64,000 nt of DNA from an uncultured Planctomycetales bacterium (GCA_964428315.1 CAYRXT010000004.1:4382-68381), one strand, 5' to 3'. Positions 35,301-42,994 are shown, numbered from the stretch's first letter. Made by a program: numbers and translations. Notes: generated by a model from the sequence alone, not told the origin.

Positions 35301-36896
35301 CGGCCGCGCGTCCAAAGCCCCGTCGATCTTTTTCAATTGAATAGGGATCTTGTCCTCGAAGAATCCTTCCAGTACGGCCTGAAGGCTGAATAACCTTGCC
35401 ATGGGAAAAAGGATTTGGAGGAGGGCGGAATATCCCAGCACGCCGAAAGGACGCGCGCGGCCCTCCGGTTTGTTCCCGCTCTTCAAGGCATCAGGATCCG
35501 GTGTGGGACCGGCCGGCGTTGAAGGCATGGAAGGTACGGCATCCGGTTCCTCACCCGCGGTTTCGCGCCCAGAGGCCTTACCCAAGGAGGGCTTCGCAGG
35601 TAACGGGCCCATGGCCGTCTTGAGTTTTATGCTCAGTCGGTGAAGCTTCCCGCGGATATGATTCAGCATCTCCCGCCCGACGACGGGGCTTATGCCGGCC
35701 ACCTTGCGGGTCTTGACCCACCTTCGCAGGTTGCCCCATGACATGCCTCCGGAAAAATACCGGCGGTGCACGAAATCTTTTTTGAAGGGGTCATAATCGG
35801 TGCGGATGATGTCATGGGTTCCCTCTTTATAGGCGTCGATATAACGCTCATAGATTTTTTGTTTGGTCTCCCGGTCGTCAAGGTCGACGCCCCGGATCTT
35901 GTTCCTGTCGGCGTAAATGCGGTTCACGACGTTGCGCCTGAGATTAAGCTTGAACCAGGCCGCCAAGATCAGGGAATGGTAAAGCTGACGCAGACCGGTG
36001 AACTGGCGGCCCTCGTTGATCTCCTTCTCGATCTCCGGCAGGATAATCTCCGAGAATATCCTGCTTGACATATTGTGGACCTCGGTCACCTTCTCGGTCT
36101 CCAGGATGTCGGTACCGAGATTTTTGTTCCTGAGATTATTCTTGAGGGCCAGGTAATCCCCTTCCATCATCACCTTGAGCCGGCTCCTGGTCACGAATGC
36201 CTTGTTGCCGATCTCGTAAACAACAGCCTCATCGGGAAGGATCCAGACCTTATTGAACGTGTTGATCGGGAAATCCGTGGTTCCGTAAACGGCGTGCACC
36301 TTCTCATAAATCCGTTCCCAGAACCTGCGGCCGGAGGGTTCCTCGGGGTTGGTCAGCACCGAAGAGAGCTGCTTGAGGAGATAATCCTGGATAAGCAGAT
36401 CTTTTCCCGCGTCCGTGGCGCCGAGATAGTCCGGTATTATGCGGTCCGACTCGTACGGGGAAAGGTTCACCCAAAGGTCTTCTTCGGGCACGGTCAGGAA
36501 GGCCAGAAAATATTTCACTAGCCGCGAGGCCTCTTCTTCGTCGAGAGAGGCCTTGTCACCGGAATCGATGATGAAATCGATCTTAAAAGGGTCCTGGGGG
36601 TCGACCTGAATTCCCCTTAATATCGGCGGGGAAAATACCGTCGAGGACGGCATCACCGCGGAGGGGGCGGGCAGGACAAGCGGCGCCTGCGCCCGCGCGT
36701 AACGCAGTCGCGCGACGTCCAGGGCGATGATGTTTTCGCAAAAGAAGAGCAAAACGGCAAGGGAGAGAACGCGGAATGTCCTGGAGTCGCGACGGAAAGC
36801 GAAAAATCCCGGCCGTCCAGGCGGATATCTTGTCCGGTTCAAACCCGGCCTTCCGTTTCCGTTTTGCTGCGCCCTGTGTCTGGTCGTTCGGGTCAT
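26307..36896 (-). CDS. Giant 3,529-aa envelope-associated protein of unknown function
   Basis: Uninterrupted 10,590-nt ORF. N-terminal Arg-rich segment plus hydrophobic signal/anchor (VLSLAVLLFFCENIIAL...ARAQA). Gly/Asn/Asp low-complexity linker, a ~500-aa Gly/aromatic-rich beta-type segment, an acidic coiled coil, and a Lys-rich C-terminal third with several hydrophobic helices. No P-loop, protease, glycosidase, RTX or cadherin motifs seen. Confidence 0.85.
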   Translation of the reverse strand: MTRTTRHRAQQNGNGRPGLNRTRYPPGRPGFFAFRRDSRTFRVLSLAVLLFFCENIIALDVARLRYARAQAPLVLPAPSAVMPSSTVFSPPILRGIQVDPQDPFKIDFIIDSGDKASLDEEEASRLVKYFLAFLTVPEEDLWVNLSPYESDRIIPDYLGATDAGKDLLIQDYLLKQLSSVLTNPEEPSGRRFWERIYEKVHAVYGTTDFPINTFNKVWILPDEAVVYEIGNKAFVTRSRLKVMMEGDYLALKNNLRNKNLGTDILETEKVTEVHNMSSRIFSEIILPEIEKEINEGRQFTGLRQLYHSLILAAWFKLNLRRNVVNRIYADRNKIRGVDLDDRETKQKIYERYIDAYKEGTHDIIRTDYDPFKKDFVHRRYFSGGMSWGNLRRWVKTRKVAGISPVVGREMLNHIRGKLHRLSIKLKTAMGPLPAKPSLGKASGRETAGEEPDAVPSMPSTPAGPTPDPDALKSGNKPEGRARPFGVLGYSALLQILFPMARLFSLQAVLEGFFEDKIPIQLKKIDGALDARPSPLISRLLKGSRGRLKAAHRNITGEAIDQLVYSDLAPEAVNKDQINALGGRMMGWLDRLITDILTTPGLKEDQIGQALGEIERLAALLANGKDDYADALLAARQTIQTSVDRGMYVYGPDSHAVVLSGRKIKYLNKAGRFIGRALETYAPDYLLRTSYLPVRFHFDYHGRKDVRDRQRQEAKELARGLFQEWKLIEEKIREISSPCDMIFNRRFDVTVTRFDDVADNERSKMVRIEQIDGKQQIFVDPRTDAHEAVLEIRRLIQNIKKAWVFEAAQYEFGTEAAERLVHHAFSSADRRKSDLKKLLDYFTLRDREFHLQEKRHVTFYDLEVFCRKMRNAAIRRHLTPSRFELNPNVLVSMRGKAREYLPHMAALMIGMTIFGAIESAQMPLFPQAPPDPSDSPLEPHLNVIPTAVHGYQAAGFFPVLPPPNVHLSEHYYLEPGSPGNMTGTSLEEDILPTSSGDPAGPLETEVSGGETAKISPERVDPPLADPPAQTGPRIEKDMSFDEASIVRYLEPLKKFGHINDGYIRNTARILLTYYQNPDAALTTEEIKDLRIAAEALFGAVELDAGRGMVTFDYPVDGKFVSNVPYPGGGNILVTKFPERYETAWRWFRKALDDIAWKTGNFTERWDQDAAVPLDIMPGDGDAELSFPGSGLGAVPGGGNGSDGGSGDGNGNGSPPGNNVPKKGLPVPGTDNGGSAGNEGDIAEPSSPESGQAEVVRPAGQGDPSLFNMANINIKKAEVKQKSHWIPEGGRSIAGGGGVERKDKYPEAKITADAGDLVGKPLEVGIKAKPDKGALSAQLTWKAPLNWIPWPHSVGVVRDINQGYGTRGFHFGMSPPFSGGLSTSVEFSILRPHFPTVTDGYGNVYFGLIEVGYELIRDGVTVGFTWERLDGNNIGGDRLNDNRYTGAIENIPMGDVAKSGKFWVTREFEDPSLVKNIVPFMSAEKYAWQYGVELKNPFGIENFGWGGRYFTEPIGHDSQNMIEMYTKVKIPTGAGGLDPGGGGGPAARPDVRIDAAYTGHDGQGRMTVDTESGLNVGPAGFSLVGRYSSEGGEIGYTALGDNARKDFGFSLRAVTPVIGHTFRFSLNLRGDDWDRLDGNVWHLSAQMGSGGRGIFAVPVTAGVVYVPYQDAAGAYLDFPVGADLFGGNLLWRYRIAAFQGEGPGHGMAAEYRRGRWGGVFEMPVGITEGGMPYLLDQENKGHDPAGRRPISGGMDYDVNDNLRLGIRVAEDKTAGVRAEFRYPPDDAMGEARDREEQDKAREKVLAEQTDRQNEHHRTVEGSVMADIDERIRAYEVLIERLRSVEHDRTLRLMEDLERERRRLEEVRGKMEAYLASQGSRYLAGEGMLEEIMRDYLDGQMAKNRPPEDYVHLERDPAVRGRLGPMVRYEEEWGFVIGNTGFVPVTDMYAFLQDHEEIDGMPVDEDERGQLLEAMKPWMPVELAAGDPAERAQGKAVDAVDEEVPGEKEVSDEAAGREDARRAETVSADAAAGKDVKEKSGEPAGKEHEPRQPETPRPEKILPFDRKTLNRYLAVLIGKETARDGPIDQDYINYTVDVLVRTDWSRPDRPARIAFEALAVARQLHDKVPVTGDVRLTDGRIVSSPIPWKGGNQNLDGKDTSDAAIADAVEVLWEEGQLHRAPSGEGREAKKEQGEPSDKSLPVLKDQKNSPDTAALENGGTKEGSSVTSIWQKIKRIFGVLRIDAIDQNTEHSGNLQTGAAAVRKDNTGEDNKNPAIANIPKIQTPLGRWWSKFGVPIIEFISVICLAGSLSKNLRSRKKVITAEEVFLRRLSGSLRKDKKNTFDVQPSKPLVQKQFRLTGIKANYIGNKIKLILLTNSGLRKNKFVDLKEMERHILELFEQGVIGIVRKNGKSVPLQFRGLEVHSNNIIFKFQGFKEMGGSEYMHLFFRAENAGRQKFDILLKRNRFYELSDYWEERLRGQVLSLAELRNIVRRSAAYRDDPGMSFQLKNFSSNAHESYILRDLARRTIIHLEEKTAVLKNYKKALSSGQNDRRGNEESLKGLREELTSLTGESAAAAGYRKPEILQQCDECLAKLDEYLHYFKERKDLSNEVRHLASLVASIYGYRHDFLPEKDKLKISLKFLDRWVVPIDKMKRLLSGSDFWLKRYFWRLKHRSLPRFYRQSERVDTLETRILGRRRPVRALKRDRLEKEYYLFRKYIEEPPLDLSGRALSSKHKRLFRFFNNMAAMGAGLAFLFFVFGLPPAALLAAGQLLTVMTFRALIGPLWINRKINVEYRRWKDSAEVSEGDGTEGDPVLFSRNGGKPEDEFLKTLNEKLGINTSRFNPVSLFLLKGEEYSGVEVRRMNGGLEIVFVNEGFIGTYRFRKKTRERIARLLETEDVILKVGGRSIPPEKISLDISPESKIRIRVEDALGDAEGNGKATIRFRDSNQEKRYRELQLPVKVDDFQGVLNRGYKILMEKDLPQISELDDLIAGLEVFMDNYPLDFEKFKDFDTYYARLRKMASELSRFLYEKAGEAIKSEENDYHARFEYLLTLVETLNEAKGALGNFSNVDSYKSRYYPDTDKFGMKWGFPWAKLNRRLSGIKVNSDEFQLNTYKAINKYIQKLRVLKNKKASLFGESLDEAALERDLSSERRRLRRRAKELFMTYMFPPNYSGVGGYHFLNNMRMWSISISAVLVGLTLALSLYNAMALWTGMPSVGIDSLAVALVPLLKIPIVFGQSSFLVVGVLYLLLKHFLEPFNAKMKLSAEFFYYDRLVKILRNADNGRLNILQRLIASGVGLFSKMACRGMKGFFEKFNFKRAKFLSNIYSGDMPEWGISLFYMGAFFFPVLGLFGVLTMEVYAFFQEWKTNRRDRSNGISGSSGHGGISRPLKAPGPGSSNGVLSVVGEPPGVYNLRERRNNADIKATREGIPEKDQEHVAVSSGSPIMPPADRGNSGGIDWTTTEIKLRSDGKGDIRWGDIPVPDAEIQNFPGFEYDILQFHLIPNHVNFILGLDDGKRKKKSLSMLSN

Positions 36897-37335
36897 GATC
36901 TCAAATGTTTCGGAGAGAGGAATCTTATTGTGCGCAAAGAGATTAAAGACAAAATAAGACTACTCCAAAATAGTTAAGAAATTTTAAAATTCGTATGACT
37001 TTTAGAATAATTAGTTTTCGCGGTAAGGCCGTCGAGCCGACGGCGGTGACCTCAATAGACAGCGTTCCCCATGGCGGAGACAGAGGGGGAATCCGCCTCC
37101 CCTTCTGGGAGGGCCAGGGAGCTATCAGGAAAAGCACACCCGTATAGCCGCCCATCAAGCAAACGGCGCAAAACCCTCTTTTAGCCCAACCAGGATTCTG
37201 TAGAACCTGAATGTTTGACAGCCATCGGAGATCTCTTCAATGTGCATTAGGACGCGCCCGTGTCGTAAAGACCACGGGCGCCGTTTGGGGTGACTGGAGT
37301 GGGACTGTGGCTGGCATGTTTATGAACGGGCACCG

Positions 37336-38271
37336 TCAAATATGGACCGTGCCGCCTTCATTTATCACGGCCTCCTTCTTGTGCTCCCGGCTGTAAAGGT
37401 GATGCTTCCGGATGATCTCATAGGCGTTGTAGGGCAGCGTGGCAAGCCACCGGGGATCCTCTTTGCCCTGGAAAACGCCCCGGATCCTCGTTGAGGACGC
37501 CTCAAAGCCGATTGCCGGCATGATCTCGACCGGCACTCTGGCACGGATCAAACGGCCGATGCCCCCTTGTCTTTCGACAAAGAGCAACGAGACGGTATGC
37601 ATCAGCTCGTTATAATTGTAAAGCCTCCACCGGATATGATCTTCAATCTTTTGGATCGTGTCCTTATTTTGCCCGTCCCGCTGGAAACGCCGGTAATGGT
37701 CGGCTCCCGCGATGTAAAACGCGTCTATCTTCTGTCTGGGATTCAGACGGAGGATGCGGAAGACATTGGTCTCGCCGTCCAGATCCGTACAGCGGGCCAG
37801 AGGCGAATAGTTCAAAAAAGGATCAAAGTTCTTGATGACCGATTGGCTCATACGGTGGCGCATATGTTCATTGATCAAAGAATCTTTCAGCGGGTCTTCT
37901 CCCACCACGATATAGATAACCTTATCAAGCTGATAACTGGCGATGGCACTTAAACCGATAAGCAGGTGCCCCCAGTGGACGGGATTGCCCGAGATAGGAT
38001 AAATCCCGATGCGGTAGACGCGGTTTCCCGTATCAAAATCCTGCACCGGTTCCGCCGTGTTAATCCGGATCCTTGGATCGATCGCCCGGCATTCGATAAG
38101 ACGGATCATTTGCTCGATGATCTCATGGAAGGATTGGGCGATGGTGCGAATCGGTTCCTGCGTGATCTGCATCTTCAACTCATAGGCCATGAGATTAAGT
38201 TCCCAGAACACGCGGCACTTGATAAAATCGGCCAGGATTTTTCCAGACAGATTGGCGCGGGTTTTGTCCAT
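37336..38271 (-). CDS. NadD-like nicotinate/nicotinamide-nucleotide adenylyltransferase with ~95-aa N-terminal extension
   Basis: GIYPISGNPVHWGHL (the (H/T)xGH nucleotidyltransferase motif in NadD context) and C-terminal SSTRIR (NadD ISSTxIR motif). Confidence 0.65.
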   Translation of the reverse strand: MDKTRANLSGKILADFIKCRVFWELNLMAYELKMQITQEPIRTIAQSFHEIIEQMIRLIECRAIDPRIRINTAEPVQDFDTGNRVYRIGIYPISGNPVHWGHLLIGLSAIASYQLDKVIYIVVGEDPLKDSLINEHMRHRMSQSVIKNFDPFLNYSPLARCTDLDGETNVFRILRLNPRQKIDAFYIAGADHYRRFQRDGQNKDTIQKIEDHIRWRLYNYNELMHTVSLLFVERQGGIGRLIRARVPVEIMPAIGFEASSTRIRGVFQGKEDPRWLATLPYNAYEIIRKHHLYSREHKKEAVINEGGTVHI

Positions 38272-38378
38272 AGGTCGCTCCTTTATTTATCGTTCCTCAT
38301 TCATGGCCATCATATCCTGGGATTATTAATGCCTGTTAAAGAGGGGATTAAATTTTCAGACGAATTCAGTTTGGACAG

Positions 38379-38457
38379 TTTCTGCCTATTTGTTTCTTCT
38401 GCCTATTCTAGTGAAGAAAGTCCGGGCTTTTGCTAATGTCCAATTTGAATGTCCAAT
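38379..38457. promoter_or_regulatory. Two pairs of tandem direct repeats upstream of the nadD-like gene
   Basis: TTCTGCCTATT at 38380 and 38397 (17-nt period); AATGTCCAAT at 38435 and 38448 (13-nt period). Confidence 0.3.
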
Positions 38458-38458
38458 A

Positions 38459-39328
38459 TTAAGAATGGATGTGCTTCTTGGGCAGGGGGAGGATCTTCTC
38501 GCGAAGAAGAGGGAAGTTTCTTTCGGAACTGAGCAGATAAAATGCGTTCAGCTTCCAGGGATTGGATGTGCGGTCAAAAAGGGTGAGGTCGATATGATCC
38601 AGGATGCGGCCGTCTTTGAGGGAACGCAGGTCCATCCCCGCCGCGCGCACAACCGGCCAGGCCCCGGCAAAATCCCAGATGTTGCTCCTCAGAAGCGAAC
38701 CGCATGCGCGGCCGATAACCGGCCAGCACAAATCGACCGCCGCGCAGGCCGGGATGATGAAATGACAGTCCTTGTAGTCCCACTGAAAATACTGGAAGAA
38801 ACTGTCGCTGCACAAAAACAGGGACCGGCTGTCGATTTCAACGTCCAAGGGACGGATCAACCTCAACTTTTCCTTATCACCGAACGCGTCCTGGACAAAT
38901 ACGGACTGTTCTCCGTCACAATAGAACAGTTCCTTCAGGGCCGGGAAATAGACCGCCCCGAGCCAGGGCCGAAGGTCTTTGATCAATCCCAGGGAGATGC
39001 CGAAAAGCGGGATGCGGTTGGCATACAACCGCGTACCGTCAACCGGATCCAGGGACCATATGAAGGGTGTGCCTTCCAGGAGGTCCCTGTCCAGATAGCG
39101 GCTCCGGTCGGGTGATTCCTCATCGATAAGGATATGGCCCGGGATCTTCAAGTCATCGCTCAACCGCTCGCGCGCCAGCCGGGTCACCATCTCGTCCGCC
39201 TTGGTGATCACGGAACCGTCTTCCTTCAGCTTCGGCTCGCTGTTATGGAGATGTTCCAGCGCGAGCTTTCCGGCCTCGAGCATGAAATCCAGCATCAATG
39301 AAACATAGTGTTTTCGCATGTCCATCAC
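38459..39328 (-). CDS. Inositol monophosphatase family protein (IMPase/SuhB/CysQ-like)
   Basis: WSLDPVDGT metal-binding motif and overall family pattern. Confidence 0.8.
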   Translation of the reverse strand: MMDMRKHYVSLMLDFMLEAGKLALEHLHNSEPKLKEDGSVITKADEMVTRLARERLSDDLKIPGHILIDEESPDRSRYLDRDLLEGTPFIWSLDPVDGTRLYANRIPLFGISLGLIKDLRPWLGAVYFPALKELFYCDGEQSVFVQDAFGDKEKLRLIRPLDVEIDSRSLFLCSDSFFQYFQWDYKDCHFIIPACAAVDLCWPVIGRACGSLLRSNIWDFAGAWPVVRAAGMDLRSLKDGRILDHIDLTLFDRTSNPWKLNAFYLLSSERNFPLLREKILPLPKKHIHS

Positions 39329-39708
39329 AAAAAATTGAGCCCCACGCGGACGGTGCCTTTTTCGGGATCCGCGATCCTGCGGAAGGCCCCTTTGGTCAGA
39401 TCGACAATCCGCCCCTCCCGGACATAACGCCAGGCCGGTCCCCTGTCGTTGATGCGCACCACGACCGAACGTCCGTTCTCACGGTTGGTGACCTTCACCT
39501 TTTTGCCGAAGGGCACATTGCGCATGGCCGCCGTCATGGCCCGGTCGTTGAACCGCTCGTTGCTGGCCGTGCGCTTTGTCGTTCCCGGCGTTCTTCGTGA
39601 ATACCATGAGGCCCTTCCCGTCATATCATACTTTCTGGCGTCGCTGTTGTCGCGCACAACGGAAACGGCAAGAAACAGGAGCACGAGAAAAATGACGAAT
39701 TTTTTCAT
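39325..39708 (-). CDS. RlpA-like double-psi beta-barrel (DPBB) lipoprotein/septal-ring protein
   Basis: Signal peptide; ASWYS...TASNERFN...VKVTNRENGRSVVVRINDRGP closely parallels the E. coli RlpA DPBB domain. Confidence 0.8.
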   Translation of the reverse strand: MKKFVIFLVLLFLAVSVVRDNSDARKYDMTGRASWYSRRTPGTTKRTASNERFNDRAMTAAMRNVPFGKKVKVTNRENGRSVVVRINDRGPAWRYVREGRIVDLTKGAFRRIADPEKGTVRVGLNFL

Positions 39709-39709
39709 T

Positions 39710-39997
39710 TTACCCTATAGGCCGGCGTGGCCGGACAATGATTTCTTTATAGGCCGCCGTCTGTGTCGGGGAGGCGCACAGCAGGGCCGCCCGGGCGACG
39801 TCTTCCGGCTGGATGTAATCCGCGGCCTCGCCCCCTGCTGCCCGGATTTCTTCACGGACCTCGTCCAGTTTCTTTTCCCGGCGGGCCAGCAGTGCTACCC
39901 GTACTCCCTCCCGTCCGAAGGCCAGGGCGATGCCCCTTCCGATCCCGCTCGAGGCGCCCGTGACCACGATGTCCTTCGTTTTGAATCCCTCACCCAT
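39710..39997 (-). pseudogene. Internally deleted short-chain dehydrogenase/reductase remnant
   Basis: 95-aa ORF: N-terminal Rossmann TGASSGIG...ARR joined directly to an SDR C-terminal tail (EDVARAALLCASP...); the whole catalytic core with S-Y-K is absent. Confidence 0.5.
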
Positions 39998-40006
39998 CGC
40001 CCTCTC

Positions 40007-40549
40007 CTATCCGGATTGTCTCGTGCCGCTCAGGAGTCTCTCCCGCCGGACGACCGCGACGATCATAAGCGCCAGCGCCCCGCTGATGGCGTTCACCACG
40101 ACGTCCCGGACGTCGTAATAACGGCTGGGCAGAAGATACTGGATCCCTTCGTCCCCCCAGCCGATGAGGGCCGTGACCACGAACGCCAGGGCATAGAGGC
40201 GCCAGCCGCCCGTCGAAAACTGCATGGCCCGGTAAAAAAGATACGCCATGACCCCGTACTGGATAAAATGGATCTTCTCTTCCGGGATCTTTAAAGCGAA
40301 GAGGCCGTAGGCGTAGACCGCGCCGATCATCGCCATAAAAAGGTACGAACTCACGAGCCGCAGTCGAAATTTCTTGATCAAAATAAGAATCAGCAGCGCG
40401 AAAACAAGGACAAGTGTCGTATTGACCACGGGGGCAAACGGCAGCCGGGCGCGCAAAAAAGAACAGACGGGACGCACGACCGAGAGCGTCGAATAGATAA
40501 GCGCGACCCACCCGAAGGCATACAGCCACCGTTTTTTCTGTTCAGTCAT
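40007..40549 (-). CDS. VanZ-like family membrane protein
   Basis: 180 aa, 4-5 TM helices, VanZ-like topology; weak. Confidence 0.5.
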   Translation of the reverse strand: MTEQKKRWLYAFGWVALIYSTLSVVRPVCSFLRARLPFAPVVNTTLVLVFALLILILIKKFRLRLVSSYLFMAMIGAVYAYGLFALKIPEEKIHFIQYGVMAYLFYRAMQFSTGGWRLYALAFVVTALIGWGDEGIQYLLPSRYYDVRDVVVNAISGALALMIVAVVRRERLLSGTRQSG

Positions 40550-41417
40550 CGTCGGTCCTGACGGTTTGCCCGTCGCTCACAAAGGTTATCGTGCCGTCCC
40601 GGTCCGTGCGCAGAAGACGCCCCTTGAGCTGTTCCAGCTGCGCCTCTTTCGGCATCCCGAAGGCGTTCTCCCCGGTGGACACGACGAAGATCTTGCCTTC
40701 CATCTCTTTGACAAAGAGAGGGCTCACCGCCCCGCCGTGGTGCGGGACCTGGACGACCTGCGCCTCTTTGACCCGAGGAAACAGCCGGAGGATGTCATCC
40801 TGCTGCGGGGGCAGGATGTCGGCGGTTAACAGGAATCCCGTCTCCCGGTACGTGATCCAAAGCACGAGCGAATTCTCATTGGCCGATCCGTTCAGCTCAT
40901 CGGGGTGCAGCGCCTTTATCGTCACGCCGGCAGGTCCATTAAGGATGACGTCGCCCCGTCTCACCGTCTCGAAGGGAACGCCCCTCCCGCGGATCTCACG
41001 CACAAGCTCCCCGTAACCCGGCTCGGCCCGCCGATCGTCCCCGTTGAGATAAAAGGCCTCCACCGGCAGGCGTTCAAGAACGGCCGGGAATCCACCGAAG
41101 TGGTTCTCGTGGGGATGGGTGGCGATGCAGGCATGCAGCCGTTCGATGCCCCGTCGGGCGAGATAGTCCCTTAACGCCGGCGCCGTCCCGGCCGACCCCG
41201 CGTCGACCAGGATGTTCTTGCCGCCGGGGGTCTCGACCAGGATACTGTCTCCGTATCCCGCGTCGATGAAATGCACGCGCAATCCTTCCCGAGGAACCCC
41301 CGAAAAGACCGCGGACGTCAAGACAATGAGCATCGCGAGGGTGCAACAAAATTGAAATGTCTTCATTCCCTGTCTTCGCATGATGATGAAGGCCTTCGGG
41401 AAAGTATTGTAATTCAC
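40542..41417 (-). CDS. Secreted MBL-fold metallo-hydrolase (ComEC C-terminal-domain-like)
   Basis: Signal peptide; HACIATHPHENH metal-binding motif; beta-lactamase fold pattern. Confidence 0.75.
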   Translation of the reverse strand: MNYNTFPKAFIIMRRQGMKTFQFCCTLAMLIVLTSAVFSGVPREGLRVHFIDAGYGDSILVETPGGKNILVDAGSAGTAPALRDYLARRGIERLHACIATHPHENHFGGFPAVLERLPVEAFYLNGDDRRAEPGYGELVREIRGRGVPFETVRRGDVILNGPAGVTIKALHPDELNGSANENSLVLWITYRETGFLLTADILPPQQDDILRLFPRVKEAQVVQVPHHGGAVSPLFVKEMEGKIFVVSTGENAFGMPKEAQLEQLKGRLLRTDRDGTITFVSDGQTVRTDDD

Positions 41418-41482
41418 GCGGGGATACTTTGCAAATGTTTAGGCCGGGTTCGAGGATCCGCGCCGGCACGGGGGAATCCTCT

Positions 41483-41911
41483 TTATGCCTCTTGACGAGC
41501 CAGCCACCCGGCGACGGCCTGCTTAATCTGGTCTTTGATGCGGCGGGTTCCGGCCATGATCTCTTCCCGGGACCCCGTCAGGGCCGAGGGATCCGGGAAG
41601 CTCCAGTGGATCCTCTTGTTGACGCCCGGGAAGACCGGACAGCGTTCGGCGGCGGACTCGTCGCACACCGTGATGACATACTTGAACATCCTCCCCGCCT
41701 TGAACAGGCCGAACACGCTCTTCGTCTCTTTGCCGGTTATGTCGACGCCCTCTTCTTTCAGGACGTCGACGACGGCCGGGTTGAGCGTCCCGGGTTCTAA
41801 TCCCGCACTCTCAACCTCAAAACGGTCGCCCGCCAGTTTGCGCAGGAGCTCCTCGGCCATCTGGCTTCGCGCGGAGTTGTGGACGCACACAAACAAGACT
41901 TTTTCTTTCAC
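41483..41911 (-). CDS. arsC: Arsenate reductase, thioredoxin-coupled LMW-PTP type
   Basis: [13 protein letters not shown]-loop (CX5R) plus downstream VCDE...CP cysteines, collinear with B. subtilis ArsC. Confidence 0.85.
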   Translation of the reverse strand: MKEKVLFVCVHNSARSQMAEELLRKLAGDRFEVESAGLEPGTLNPAVVDVLKEEGVDITGKETKSVFGLFKAGRMFKYVITVCDESAAERCPVFPGVNKRIHWSFPDPSALTGSREEIMAGTRRIKDQIKQAVAGWLARQEA

Positions 41912-41920
41912 GGAATCCCC

Positions 41921-42880
41921 CTAGGTTAAGAGAATCTGACACCAGTTGAAGAGATACCCGGTAAAGACGATGCCCGCCGTCGTGACCCCGAAAAAGAGCA
42001 CGATCAGTTTCAGGCGCATGGCCCGACGCAGCATCACCGCCTCGGGCAGGCTGAGGGCCGCGGTGGCCATCATAAAGGCCAGCGCCGTCCCCAGGGGGAT
42101 CCCCTTGTTGAACAGGACAACCGCCACCGGAACGATCGCCGCGCAGCTGCCGTACATCGGCACGCCGAGGGCCGTCGCGACGGGCACGGACATGACCCCG
42201 GTCCGGTCGATGATCCCCTGAACGGCCTCCTGGGGGACGTAGTTGTGAATGAGCGAACCGACGCCGACGCCCACCAGGACCCAAACCCAGACCTTCCTCA
42301 CGATGGAGGACGCCTCGCCTAGACCGAAGGCCAGCCTTCTCCTGAAACCGCGGTTTTTGTCTTCCTCAACCGACCGCGCCTGCCGGGTGACCAGGTCCCG
42401 GACAAGATGACGGTCCAGGCGCATGCGGCCCAGTACCCACCCGGCGAGGATCCCGATCAGGATTCCGCTGAGCACATAAATAACGGTGATCTTCCAGCCG
42501 AAAAACCCCAGCATCAGGACGACCAGGTACTCGTTGATCAACGGCGAGGTGATGAGAAACGAAAACGTCACGCCCAGCGGGACGCCAGCTTCCAGAAAAC
42601 CCAGAAAGATCGGGATGGACGAACAGGAACAAAACGGCGTCAGCGCCCCGAACAGGGACGCCGCGCCGTGCCCCGCGAGCCCCTTTTTCCCCAGCCAGTA
42701 TTTCACCTTGTCCTGCGGGAGAAACGTCCTCAGGAAACCGATGGCCAGGATCATAACATAGAGGAGGACCAAAATCTTGACCGTGTCATAGATAAAAAAA
42801 TGGAGCGCCCCGGTCCAGCGGGCGGCGGGATCCAGTCCGAGGATGCCGTAAACCAGGCGGTCTACCGCTAACTGCAGCAT
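41921..42880 (-). CDS. arsP: Organoarsenical efflux permease ArsP
   Basis: 8-TM permease with the diagnostic [10 protein letters not shown] motif; sits between arsR and arsC. Confidence 0.8.
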   Translation of the reverse strand: MLQLAVDRLVYGILGLDPAARWTGALHFFIYDTVKILVLLYVMILAIGFLRTFLPQDKVKYWLGKKGLAGHGAASLFGALTPFCSCSSIPIFLGFLEAGVPLGVTFSFLITSPLINEYLVVLMLGFFGWKITVIYVLSGILIGILAGWVLGRMRLDRHLVRDLVTRQARSVEEDKNRGFRRRLAFGLGEASSIVRKVWVWVLVGVGVGSLIHNYVPQEAVQGIIDRTGVMSVPVATALGVPMYGSCAAIVPVAVVLFNKGIPLGTALAFMMATAALSLPEAVMLRRAMRLKLIVLFFGVTTAGIVFTGYLFNWCQILLT

Positions 42881-42994
42881 GAACCGTCACCCTTTTGGGA
42901 ATCACCGCCGCAGCACGAACCCCGAGATGTCCGCGCCTTCTCTTCCAGGGCCCTGTCGAGTCTCCTCATCCATCCGGTGAAGAACTTTTTGATT

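Noticed and set aside
36980-37140. Possible tRNA/tmRNA/RNase P/SRP RNA in the leader of the giant gene (contains GGGGGAATCCGCC, reminiscent of a T-arm)
   Set aside because: No cloverleaf can be drawn: no acceptor stem, D-arm or TPsiC loop consensus. None of the conserved SRP, RNase P or tmRNA motifs are present. It is retained only as an unexplained structured leader.
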